Source: Tubulanus polymorphus
Taxonomy: Eukaryota > Animalia > Nemertea
Assembly (NCBI RefSeq): GCF_964204645.1
Contig: NC_134027.1
Location: forward strand, 7,534,485-7,598,484
Reading direction: 5' to 3'
DNA: 64,000 nt
Shown here: positions 1-12,720 of the stretch, piece by piece
How the letters are laid out: every line of letters starts with the position of its first letter
How positions within the stretch are numbered: the stretch's first letter is position 1
The notes under the pieces: model-generated
What the model saw: the letters and a program-made list of their open reading frames with translations, nothing else
Database searches by the model: none
Told to the model about the DNA's origin: nothing
Position numbers and translations under genes: made by a program

Positions 1-3000
1 ACCCATGTACGTCCATGGAGAAGTTTCTGCCATCATATCTTCACCCAAATCACCCTCCCGCATCGATTCAAGTCGTGTAAGATGGATGTGTGTATTCGCG
101 ATAATATTATTCTATGAAAAATTCAAGTGCAAAACCAATAAAATGCATAATGAAGAGTAAGTGGTATAGAATTTGAAAACACCCGTCACGAAAGTCCTTC
201 CTTGTACGTCGAGTGGAAACTAATGGCAACTTGTTTATTATAGGTGGTTGTTGCAATGTCAACTTGAGTTGTATACGAGTGACATTATTTGTCAAATTTA
301 CATCACGATTAAACATGCTTTTTAATGCAGTTTTTATATTACAATTATCCGTTTAATGTACAAGATGGAAATGCAGGGCAGAAATAAACTACGTATAATC
401 ATTATAATCATGAATATGCATGGAATAATTTATTGATTTTTTTCGAACGCAATTATGAACGAGATTGATAGCGGGGAACTTAGACAGTATAGCTTCTGAT
501 ATGTCCAATATTCAAATGATATGTAGAATTCGAAAAAAAAAGTTGCTAACGGTTCAGAATTTCCTTTAAAGATGGGTTTGAATTTTAAAACTATGTCAAC
601 TTTGGACCCACGGTTAAGTTGTCACCTTGGTGGTTGGACTTGACAATGGTTCAACTTAAGTTCAATTTCAATTATAAAACTCAGCTGCGTTCACCTACAA
701 CTAGTCAACTATCGTACTGATTAATCCATTCCATTTAAAAATAAAGATGAGTTAGAACTAATATTTTGGTTGAATAGATGAACAGTATTTACTGTAGATA
801 TTAAATGCAAATCCGTACACAGCTGTCCGGTTTGAAACAACCATATAACAATGATACAGCTGTGGGCGACATTTTCATTTCTGTATAATATATTATTTCT
901 ATTCTGCTGATATACAACAACATTTGTTTTCTCAGATTGGGCTAAGTGTGGGTTTTAGCCCTAAAGTACTATTTTGACACCAGTATCCTAAGCTCTGAGT
1001 TTGATCTTATTCTGATACGATGCAAAGGTCTTCATTGTTACAATCTTCCTTAAAAACTATAAAACCTACATTAACCTAACTGAATAGTTATTTATAGGTT
1101 TACAGAGAGAAATTTAGTAAACCTTATTATGGAAATGATTCACCCAACAGTTTCATACGCCAGTTTCGTACTATAGCGATTGCAGTTTCTGAAGGATGTT
1201 ATTTTCTCGCCGTTACATTTTCATATTGAGAAGCGGGTGATGAAGTACTTAAACAGTTATTGGATCCTCGTTTTGCAGCCTCTGCTTCAGGCTTGTGCCG
1301 TCTCCGTGTCGGCGTAATCAGAGTAACCAACTGCAATATCTACTGACACGATATAATCAATAATCGATAGTAATTCAGACGATAATTCATTACCATTTGT
1401 AAAGGTCAATTCTCGCTCGCCATCTGGTCTTAAAATCCGTACAAATCCCCAATCTGGATGTAGTCCTACGGATCATGTACATGAATCATTTCACGGCGGG
1501 TGATTAAATGGTCGTCATTAATTCTAAGGCACCGAAATACATGTATCATGACATCTATGAAATATCCACTGGAGGCATTGTGCAGAGGCGTATCCAGGAT
1601 TTTCGCGGGTTGCTCAACTGGTCATCCCAAGAAATATATAATGATATGTCTCCATTTCATGCATTCGGTGAGCATTTTTAGGTACTGCTCGATCATCTTA
1701 TACATTCAAGATGGACCATTGTACTTTGAAAAGTAGCGTTGAAAAACTGAAAATAAATAATTATGAAGGAGGGGGTGCTACCTCCCAGGATCCGCACCTG
1801 CTGTGGCTGTGGTAATAACATGGTGTATAGAAGTCGTCTATTTTTTCACTTACATCGGGGCAGGTGTCGACAACACACCTATTCGATTCGATAACACAAC
1901 TAAAAATCTTCGTTCAGAAAAGTAATCGCCTACCAGCGGAATTGATAAGAGAGCCGCGGCGGTGAGAGAAAATTTAACGATATGGTAGAGTCGTTACTAG
2001 GCGCGAATAAATTGGAACTTGGATCGGTAACAAAGCGTAATAAAGATTAATTTATGGGCATCCTAGGAAGTTTTAGCAATTTAATCAACTCGCCACGGGA
2101 ACTGTTACGACTACCGTGTCATAATACACACATAATATACAACGCGTAGATTTCCTGAAACCTGTTAAATGTTATCTTTGATTAAACCAGTTGTCGCGAA
2201 GGCATTAAATCGGCAACTTTTCCTATGATTTTTTTTTTCACCGTAAAAATAATCAAGTCACAATAAACATGAGAGACTGCTTTCGTAATCAATCCGTAGA
2301 ATCTGATGAACCGAACTGAAAGGGAACCACCAACAGATTCGCCCAATCGGAATCGCAGAAGGATGTCATCAGAGGAAACCCCAGTTGGTGTAATTATTTA
2401 TCCAGTGAAAATAAGTTTAAATTGTTCAATTATAAGAAGAAACCTGAATCGAATGTGGTAGGAAAGCAACGCAGGAATCCCTCTAAAGATCATATACATG
2501 GGCCATACATAGTTGGGTAATTTTCTCTGTTCTGATATTTTGTGTAATTATCATCTACGATAAAACATTTGCATACAAACGAGGAAGCAACAATTAACAC
2601 GTTACTAGAGTTAACCAGCTATAGGTTTCATATGTTCTCAACAGCAATGTAAATTGCTACCATCAAAGTTGTTAATGTACCAGATAGTGTCTGCGATATT
2701 AATGCGTTGTTGATAAGCCGTATTAGAGAATTCCTTCGCCATGAACCGGTGAAGCTTTTTAAAGTTTACGTATCTGTGTATGAATGAAGAGAAGCAGCAA
2801 TACTGTAGCAAAAGAAAAGTACCGTGAAACTAAGTTGTGAAAACACAAATAACCTCTAGTAAAGTGTAGAGAAAAAAACAAATAAAAGCGTAGATCCATG
2901 AAAAATGAAACATTTTTACTAATTTAGCAGCCAACAGTATTCAAGTCGCCTTTTCATTGAAGTCGGGAAAACAGGCTACAGATAATGTAGGAAAAGATGT

Positions 3001-6000
3001 TTGGAGATTTTGCGCGCATAGCGTAAACCGGAAGGGCTTTGGTGAACGCGCAAATACGACTAGACACCAAACGACGAGTACACCGGTATCCCTCTAGAGA
3101 ATATGTTCCTCTACGCTCTGTTACTGAGATATTCAAAAAGAAAATAGCAGAAGACGAAATATGTAAACAGGGTAATATGCATTCTAATTAAGAACGGTTC
3201 AATTTCGCTTCCATCTGCCGTTGTCAAACATCAGGAATATGCAGAATAGCCAATGAATTTCCAATAATCCAGCTATTCATTCCGTAAATTTAGTACTGTT
3301 ATCATATACTATTATGTAACGAACGATGATTCACACCTAGTGGCATCTGCTAATTTACTTTAACGTTTGGAAAAGTCAGCCATATACATATATATAGATT
3401 ATACATATCATTACATTTAGTAAGACCGATACATGTTAGCTCGTCTCATAAAAATAGTCTGGGGAGTTTTCAAATCAATCGAACTAACTCCGAAAGATTT
3501 TTAAAAATCCGTGTACAAAATTTGCATATAATATACGTGGAAATTGGTGTAAGTGGCATACAAAACGTTTCAGCCATAAGAGGATTTATTTACAATCGAA
3601 AATCGAAAAAAATCCATCCCATCAAATTGACGAATAGTGTAATTATTCAGTGCTTGAGGATAATGGTGATCGATTCTGGCATCTACGGGAACTATACGTA
3701 CAAGCACTGTTGCGATTGCTTCATACCGGCGCGCGAGGATGTGCCGGCGAATTTCCCAAATGATATCGTGTTGGCATACACCATAGAACATATACTCTAG
3801 GAAAGAAATGGGCCCGTAAAACGACCGGCCGCCGATGCGATTTTCGGAATCCAAGAATGCTTGCGATCTTTACCGAACCGCAGTAAAATCCCTTTTCTTA
3901 TAGTCTATGGTTTTAGTCACCTCAGATTAAAACCAGTGAGAAAATGAGAGTACTTGAAATGCACGTCGTAAAAAATAGAGATTCTTAACACAGCCCCAAT
4001 AAATGTGTTTTTCGTCAAGCGTCCAGAAAGGCGCATCTTATCTATTGGTGCTTGGTAATATAGTTTAACAATGCCTCAAGGACGACGGATATTGTCATCA
4101 ATCCAGAATGTGACACAAAGGGAATTATCGACGTAGCCTTGAGACACATCTGAGTTTGATACGACCAGAGAAGTGTGATGAAGTCTCATCACACTTCCCT
4201 GATACGACTGACGACAGCTATTCAAAGAGTACCGTTCCCGAAGCGTGGCGTGGAGTCCAAGTTCCAAATTACGCGCGGATGCATAGCTTCGCGACACCCA
4301 CTGCCAAATGATGGGAGTGCAAGGGTCGAATACAGTTCAAGATTCATACGCTAATTTCACCCAAGGCCTGCCGGCTGATTTGTCTCTCAGAAGTAATTTT
4401 CTTCTGCTCATAGGTCCACCGATTGACTTGACCATGCGGAGAAACTAACATAAATCGAGAAATAATGAGATTTTTGTTCGTTTTATATCTGACCTAACGG
4501 GAATATGATACCAACAATGAACATAATAAGTGCTAAAAGGTCACAGTGTCAGATATCGACGTATCACTAATGCTTAGTATCATGGACCATGCATATCACC
4601 GTTTGTTTTCGTTCACGATCTGAATTTCTATTTTTCTTTGTGATACCCCAGTCTTTCATTCTAATATAGAAATCATGATTTTGATCAAACTTGCTTTTCA
4701 ATATTCACAATTATGTGCGTAGAATTCACTCATCACCCAGGGCTGATTCATTTGCTATTACTGTGTACGTATCCTTGGCAACGTGACATTGCCTTGATTT
4801 TGGACATCACGGCAGAAATAATGAACTGAAAGAGTATGATTATTTCGTATGGATCCCGCTGGTACACCAGCAAACACTGTGTACATGATCCATAGACAAT
4901 GACATTTACCCTGGTAATCCGATTCATCAAAATGGCCAGAAATTTGCTGGTTTCGTTTACTCTGACATATACCCATATAATAGTCAGACACCTAAAATGA
5001 GCGAACATGGACAACTAATTACATCCATGTACAGACACCACTCTGACGTAATCGATGTTATACACGAATTGTAGTCCCGATTTCAGAAATCTCCATCACA
5101 ACTCATTCGTTGGAAAAAGGGTATTCGCTCACCAGCGGAAAAAATTCACCCTGAACGAAGGTTTAGGTTTTGCGATCTGTGGTGGCAAATACTGATAAAT
5201 TGTTATTTGGCTCGTTTGGTTTTGATGCGGAATACAAAATTGCGCAATTCTACGTATTTCATACGCTATGGGTGTATATTGCAGTCTTCGCCATAAAAAA
5301 GACATATATATTCGATTTTTTATCGAAGCTTGTTGTGAATGTCAGATGACATCTTCAAAAAGGGAAGTCATCTTCTTTCTGCACAAACAATATAGCACCA
5401 ACTGGTCTAGCCAAGACCTGAATGAACCCGTCAATATTCTCGTACATGTACTTAATATTCGATACTTGATTAATTGATATTCATCAGGAGAACAGAATGA
5501 AGTCAGTAGTTCATGTTGATATATTTACATTTATATGCGATCAGTATGTAGAACAGGTGATCTCGTGTCAGGTTATATAGGTAAAATCTTACGTCAATAT
5601 AACCACAATGATACAACGACCCCTTTCCAGTCCCATCCTTTACATAGTAAACAAACTATGCTGTGGTATCAGACTTCAAATAAAGCGCATCATTGTTAAA
5701 AGCCGTTCTGATATTGTCCTGTATTTGTTCGCGTAAATCTTTTATCTAGAACCTCCCAAGCGCCCTACTCTTCTATAATCCAAGGCACTTAACTCCAAGC
5801 TTAGACTTGCCCCAGACAAGAAAATGGCCTCTTTCTAGTTTCCCATAAAACGTGATGGTTAGGGACCTGGATCTTGCTCCGACGTCTCTGCAGGCAATTT
5901 GGGTTCACTGACTTTTTTCTGTCTTTCAACTGTCATATGATCCACAGCGCATATTGAAAAAAAAAACACGAAAGGCTGATTTAACTAATGCCTGGAATGT

Positions 6001-6699
6001 TCGACAAAGGTGCGCTTTTGTCACAGGTGTTTCGTCAATCTAGGCCAGCAGTATCAGTATCAGTGTCAACGATTTATTAATTATATCAAAACCGCACTAC
6101 AGTACGCACGAATATATATATGCAACATTTTGGGTTAAAGGATGTTATCGCCTCATCAATTCACTGGACCTGTCTTCTCAACTTCTGCATAAATCATCAT
6201 CATGATATATATGACGCCATTGATATAACATCGGTTCAAATTCGAAAACGTTGCTGACGTCACTCAATACGTTTACGTGAATGATGTAATGAAGAAAAAC
6301 GATATCCCTCGATATAGAGACGAGATCTTACGATTGCTACGTAACTTGCCAACAACACTGTTCGCGTCGCTCTTCGTATTTATCCACGTCACTTTCACGA
6401 ATACGTTTCACGGGTCCGTAATGAGATGTCGGAATTAATAGAATGTTCACTTGCATAATACATTCTAATGAAGACACAGATTAAGTTACAAATGACTGTG
6501 GTCTGTGTGTATATATAAATGTGCCAGACGAGGTTTATCGAGATACAGACTACTAATCGAATGTTGCTGTTCCATCGATCTGCGACGTTCGTTCGACCTG
6601 AAGATTCTGAATACGAGGAGTGCGCTGTTTGATACGCCATCCAACTTTTCAAATCACACAGCTACAATATTTCCATTGACCATAAAAGCTGGTTGTAGG

Positions 6700-6748
6700 A
6701 AAAATGGCCAAGGAAAAAAATTGCCAAGGTAAAAATGGCCAAGGAAAG
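6700..6748. repeat. Three ~15-16 bp tandem repeats (aaaaatggccaagg)
   Basis: aaaaatggccaaggaaaaaaattgccaaggtaaaaatggccaagg seen directly. Confidence 0.7.
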
Positions 6749-7209
6749 CTTTCGTCTCGAACGGACCGTGGTTCTTCTATATCGCAAGGAACAACCCAAA
6801 GTCGAATGTCCATAACCATAATGTATATAATAATACTATTATCTTAATTATGAGATAGGTCCGATGACCGATGTGCTCATAGCTCGCCAAGGCTTTCATT
6901 AATTAGCGTGTGCATGAATTATTTAAATCTTTTCGAAGTGTACTAGTCTTATGATTAGTATGGCTCCTGCAGCTGTCCAAATTCGTATTCAGTGTTTGCT
7001 TCGAATTTTCTAAGAATTTTCAATATCCCGAGGCACAATTCCTTTGACGAAATAGACGATACCGACAACAAGCGCATCAAAGTCTTTACTAATACTGCTA
7101 TTATATATTTCATGTACATGTACTACAATCCCCTCCGATCCATTTGATTCGAACACAAAACGTTTAGTTGTGATCATGATATGTGGGAACAAATGGATCA
7201 AACACTTAC

Positions 7210-7773
7210 CTCATCACTAAAGCTTGTTCGGTACTGTTTTTTCGTCTGTTCATTCGTAGCTCTTGGCGTAGTCTTATACGTCTGATTTTGTTGTTGAGCA
7301 GCAGAACCGACAGAATTATGATAACTACTGTAGGGATTTGGGGGATAGGTCCTCAAGGAATGGAAACTGTGAGAATTGCCTAACGTTGCGCGTGGAACGT
7401 GTTGTGAACAATATATTTCTCTGTCGACACCGGAACTAAGGAGGAAGTTTTTGAGCGTCAATTTGATTTGACACGTTTTGCAGTTGAAGCATTCTTTATG
7501 ATACAGCAAACGGAATTCAATTCTAACCCTGTCGACGGGATATACGCGGCGTAAACATCGTCGACACGGATCTATCACACTAGCCGGGGGCGTATCACTG
7601 TGTCGTTTTTTAAGGATTGATTTGATGCCTCCTGTGGCGGGGGCACTAGCCACACTGCTGATACTGTCCCCGCGTCGCATCCCAACCGGATCCATGTTAT
7701 TCCGGACAAATTGTTCACGTCTTATCGTGTATACATTGCTCGCACTTTCCCCTCTACGTAAATAAGCCGCCAT
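7210..7773 (-). CDS. First coding exon of a LIM-domain protein, probably hillarin-like (LIM + transglutaminase-like); remaining exons not identified in the window
   Basis: ORF 7198..7806 contains a LIM consensus, CRRC-x-HKECFNCKTC-x-LTLKNF-x-DREIYCSQHVP. First ATG is at 7773 and a GAG|GTAAG donor lies at 7210/7209. The LIM call is secure; hillarin is inferred from the D-x-E-x-Y-C-x-x-H-V-P ending. Confidence 0.7.
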
Positions 7774-10647
7774 TCTGGAATAAAGATTATCGAAGACACT
7801 ATGCAAGATCCTTTAATAGCAAAACGCTAAAGAAAATCCGTGGTATAGCCCAAAGAGATTCTATTCCTGCTCTCAAAACATTAACAATGATCCAAAATCA
7901 TTCGATTGTTCTCTATGCCATCTAGAATAGTATAAACACAACCGACAGTGCCATCCTGACATCAGTGCACATACATTATATACTACACTGTATCAGCTAT
8001 GTCGATACCGTCAATCGACGTCAGCCGTTATAACGTAGCTGCCTCGCAGCAGCGTTATATCGAACGTAAACAATGCTGCAACGGCGCCGCACGCTGCTGC
8101 TACGTTACAGCAGTCAGTTTATCAACAATGAGAACTGTAAATGATTTAATACGTCTAATGAATGCTACGTATGAATGGATGTCACAGAGAGCGCGTGTTG
8201 GTTGAATAAAGCGGTGTCTGTCCCGTTGTGTTGGAGTGCGTTTCTAATTTCACTAGATTCCATTTTCATTATTTATAGATATAGCATAAAGCGTGAGTCA
8301 ACGTTTATAAATCGGTTTTAGGAGCAGATGTTTTTTTTTATAGTGGCTACGTATTAAACACCGGCAATCGATGCCGCCTATTATAACGTATATGCACGTG
8401 ACCCCTCGAGTTATCGCGCGCGCGTCCAACCCCTCATTTGAGGTCAAGCACCAAACTTGAGCGTGTGCAGATTTTGCTTTGAAACCTTCGAGAAAGAATA
8501 TGTTAAAACTACACATATCCATTGTAAAAACATTCATATTATTGTTGTCATAGAACGAGAATTGTACATCCATCTGACATCCATACTATATAGGCCTGAT
8601 ATTTCTATTTATCGTCATCGAAAATGCAAGCCCAATTCTCGAAACCAGCGCGTTCGGGGAGCTTTCCATGTTTGGCCGACCTCGACCTTTACTAGTGACG
8701 CTCAATCGTTTCTGATCTCAGACGACATCGTAACGTTGCCATAGAAACTGTCAGTTCACAGTGGCAGAGCAAAAGTCAGGGGCAAAAAATCTTGAATATA
8801 ATTCAAAAAAAGAAAAGAAATACGATGGAACCTCCAAATAAATAGTTTTTCAAATGCTACGGACTCGAATCTAAAAAATTGTTCTTTAAACACATTTTCA
8901 CCATGAGAAAAGTATTCACTCCTAATCATTAAAATGAATTCTTCGAAGGTTAAATACCGGTTTCCGGTACTGTGTGTCAATGGTTATTCAGTTGTGAATG
9001 GTTATCTTAACCACATGGATGTCACGAAAAACATCAACAGACATTTCTTCCAATACCCCGAGTCCTAACTGAATAAAGGACGCCTCAATGGTGGTTTTAT
9101 TTAGCAGTTATGGGGAATAAATAAATACAAGTAAACGTCAAATCTGCATATGGACTTGTCATAGAAATGACAGCGACAGAAATATTCGCTCGTACTGGTC
9201 CTTGGACAGAAAGGTTTTTGGGGGTCACATACGGCCTTTTATTAGGGAGGTGTCAGAGATTAGTTTAGATCAAAAGTATGATGTACGTACATTTTATATA
9301 TCTAGCTTTGAAAAATGACTAATGACCGACACTTAGCCTGTAAAAGGGCCAAAGCTGAAAGATAAAATGGACCATCCATACTATAATTTTCTGTAAGTGG
9401 CACGAGGAATTGATAGAACAACTTATAATATAATCATGGACTCTTTTCGTTTTAGAGTCCATGATATAATCTGTTTATCGTCCCCTGTGTGAAAGTTACA
9501 ACGACAGACATGTTCGCTTGTACTGGACCCTGGACAGAACTATCTATTTTGCTTCACATGCTATATCATGGAAAAGGTTACATGACATTTTGTGTAGGAT
9601 GGGTTACGATATATACGAATCATGGTTTCTACATTATACGCGATGATTATTCATGAATGAAATGAACGAGGAATCGGCTAATCGGAAAGATCGAATGCAA
9701 TCAAAGAATACTCATCGAAACGATAGCAGTCAATTATATGGTGGATGAATACCGATGGTGCATGATTTGTATCGTATTCGTTAATCTAGCGCCACAAAAA
9801 CCTAATACCGATTACGTCATTAAAGTGATTAGTGCGTCATTAAAGGATGGGATGAACTAGGTTCTACGATGGGATTACAAATTATCTTCATTCGCATCTT
9901 TGTTGGCTTTTAAAACATAACTGGAAAATGAAAACATCCACGACCTGTCACCAATGACACAGCTTGCTTTAGAACTAGTTTTTAGCTTTTAATTTACGGG
10001 CCTGTGATGCATTTCTGGGAAAACTGGGTCATAAATTGTAGCAGAATACCATAAAGCCCCTTGTAAAATATTTGTTCTGAGCATAAATTTATTTTCGAGC
10101 ATACCGGTGAGTTTTAGTGTCAAACATACAACCCTATATTCATTATGTTAAATGGGACAGTGCGTCTACGCAAAAGGGACAGTTATACAAAAAACACCGA
10201 TTAACGAGGAAACAACGGGATATGCATTCAAACGTAGACCCGGCAGTAACGTTGAGCGTTTGATTATGGAGTCCGGTGGAGCAGCGTTTTTATTCATCAA
10301 AGCTGCTGGAACACATTACGATGTAGGCCGAAAAATTGTGAGTACCATCGAATTCGTGTTGCAGTCGTGAGACCCGTTCACACAACGATTTACACTTCTG
10401 TATATCACGACTGCGGTGAAACCGGCCGCCTTGTCTCATGTTTGCATTGTCAATTGCAGAAAGGTATTTTGCAAAAAGGTATTTTTTTGTAGGGATCCGA
10501 AGCTAAACATCTTATTCAAAAATACTTCCACAATGATCAGAATATCCCAAATTATATAGGAAAGAGTGAAAGTCAACAGGTAACATTTTTCAGCGAGATA
10601 ATATGGTTCAATATTGTAGTTGTCCTACAGTCGTTCACATAACGTTA

Positions 10648-10962
10648 GGGCCTCGAGATGTCGCGTTCAAACTCGTGACGTTTTCACGACAAATTTCGCT
10701 TTTTCACCCATTTTCCACGGGACAAGCCATCATTTGAAGACATGTCTAAATGTAAGATGAGGACACCAGTGATATGACGACTGAGTTTCAAGTCGTCATG
10801 AATATGTCGACTTGTCGCGAGGAAAGTGGTCGAGAGAACGAAATATGTCGTCAAAACGTCACGATATATCGACATATTCATGTCGACTTGACGCGATATA
10901 TCGCGATATGTCGACATAAATATGACGACTTGTCGAATTGGAACGCGACATCTCCAGGCCCC
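10648..10962. mobile_element. Non-autonomous DNA transposon (MITE), PIF/Harbinger-like
   Basis: Terminal inverted repeats GGGCCTCGAGATGTCGCGTTC / GAACGCGACATCTCCAGGCCCC, TTA on both flanks (10645-10647, 10963-10965), and internal tgtcga/gacat repeats. Confidence 0.75.
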
Positions 10963-12646
10963 TTATCGCTTCCGTATTTTTCAACCTTACGGTTTACAGT
11001 TATATTTCTGGATTTCATTATTGCAAGGTATTTATTAGGAACCTATTGGAATTTGAGGCCTTGTATGGTAATTTTGGCACATTCCGATGTACGGATCTAC
11101 TCCTCAATACACAAACGGCGGTAAGTGCGGCGCGCCAGTTTGGACAGACGAAATCTGTTTACAAGATTTCCATAACTACACCAAAGCTACAACACTTCTA
11201 GATTTTTTTGATATCAGAGAACATTGGACAAACCTTAACTATACCGGTATATCATCTACGAGCCTTTAACGACGTCTGACGACTGAAATCGACTTCCCCA
11301 TAAGAGAATCATTCATAGAAATATTATGTGCAATTGTTTTCAGGCGGTTATCGGCCACAATGAAGATGGAGAGTCGGGAGAACATGGATCGTCGTATATA
11401 ATAGATGCGCACTATTTTAATGTTAGCCCGCGGGGTCGACTGTTAGTCCCCGAGGAAAGATTCGTATCATTTTGTTATCCAGGTATTTAAGCGCAACACG
11501 TTATAAAAAGAGTATGTAATATCAGCAAGAAGCCTTTAAATCTTCTACTTGTTGAAAACACTGATGAAGTGTGTTTCCTTGGCAATCTCACAACTAAATT
11601 CGTCTTTACAGGCGGTCTTCCAGGTTCTACTTTTGCTTACAATATTCATGGTATGGTTTCTACAATCAATTACATCGTCGGAAAACATGTCAAGAATGAT
11701 CGACTTCGTAAGCCACAATCATCCTTTATCGAAATTATTTGTAACATTGATATGACTTAAACCAAAAATTCAAAAGACTAGTTTTGAATTTTTGCTTTAA
11801 CAATGTGGGACAATGTGGGTATAATGCAGGAAGTCTTGCTTGATTGATACGGTTGTGGATAGACAGTGGTTATGACCTCCATGATGTTTCATTACAGCTA
11901 TGAATGTTTTACTAAGAGCTACCCTATCGGCAACAAATCTTGACCATCTAATAGAAATAATCAGAAATAAAGGAATCGGTATTGGGTTCCCAGTTAGGTA
12001 AGTTCAAAAAGAAAACAAGTCCTGTGATATATGTATGCAGAGAAATACTGATTCCACGCGAAAATCTACGTCATGATTCATCAATTCAGTTTCTCGATTA
12101 ACAAAATGAAATACAGCTCTTGCGTGTGGTTCTCGTTGCAGCATGAACGTTGCATTTCTATCTAACAAACAAACCTTTTACACGTTTGAGATTTTCACGC
12201 AAGAATCAGACGATAAAAGCCAAACGGATTTTAAGATTATGGGGATTAAGAAGGAAGACGGAGAACAGACTTCAAACTGCGCACACGTTAGTGATGAGTT
12301 CACTTATGGATACTACTATCACTGTAATCAGTAAGTTTTTGAGGTGGTATCCTCCGTAGAACCCAAAATCAACTTTTTTCATCGACTACTCTTAATTCTC
12401 CGATCTCCAATTTTGCGTTGTAATGAATTTGTAGTTTTCGCCACATCGCGGGTACTGATGCTATACCGCCTTGTTCTCGGATACGAACTACATACCTCGA
12501 GACTAACCCAGCGCCGAAAACTAAATCCGATATACATAGGATTCTAACGAACAAAATGATCATTAGACCTATTGAAGTGATGGGCGTAGACAGTTACATC
12601 ACTTTGGCAACTGGTTAGTAAAATGGAACATCCTCCCTTGGCAGGA

Positions 12647-12720
12647 ATTCGAACCTGATGGCATCGCTACACTCAGTCACGGCACGAGCCGTGGCAATCT
12701 CGATGCCATCAGGTTCGAAT
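12647..12720. repeat. Perfect 20-bp inverted repeat carrying tRNA B-box-like GGTTCGAAT on both strands, with an inner hairpin
   Basis: attcgaacctgatggcatcg (12647-12666) is the reverse complement of cgatgccatcaggttcgaat (12701-12720); inner stem cacggc-acga-gccgtg. Confidence 0.75.

Noticed and set aside
4076-4440. GC-richer stretch with a short ORF and a 12-bp hairpin (4170-4197)
   Set aside because: No recognisable protein or splice-consistent exon; a lone hairpin is weak evidence.
9170-9540. Imperfect ~40-bp direct repeat (9170-9212 and 9500-9540)
   Set aside because: Only two diverged copies; not a CRISPR array or an LTR pair.
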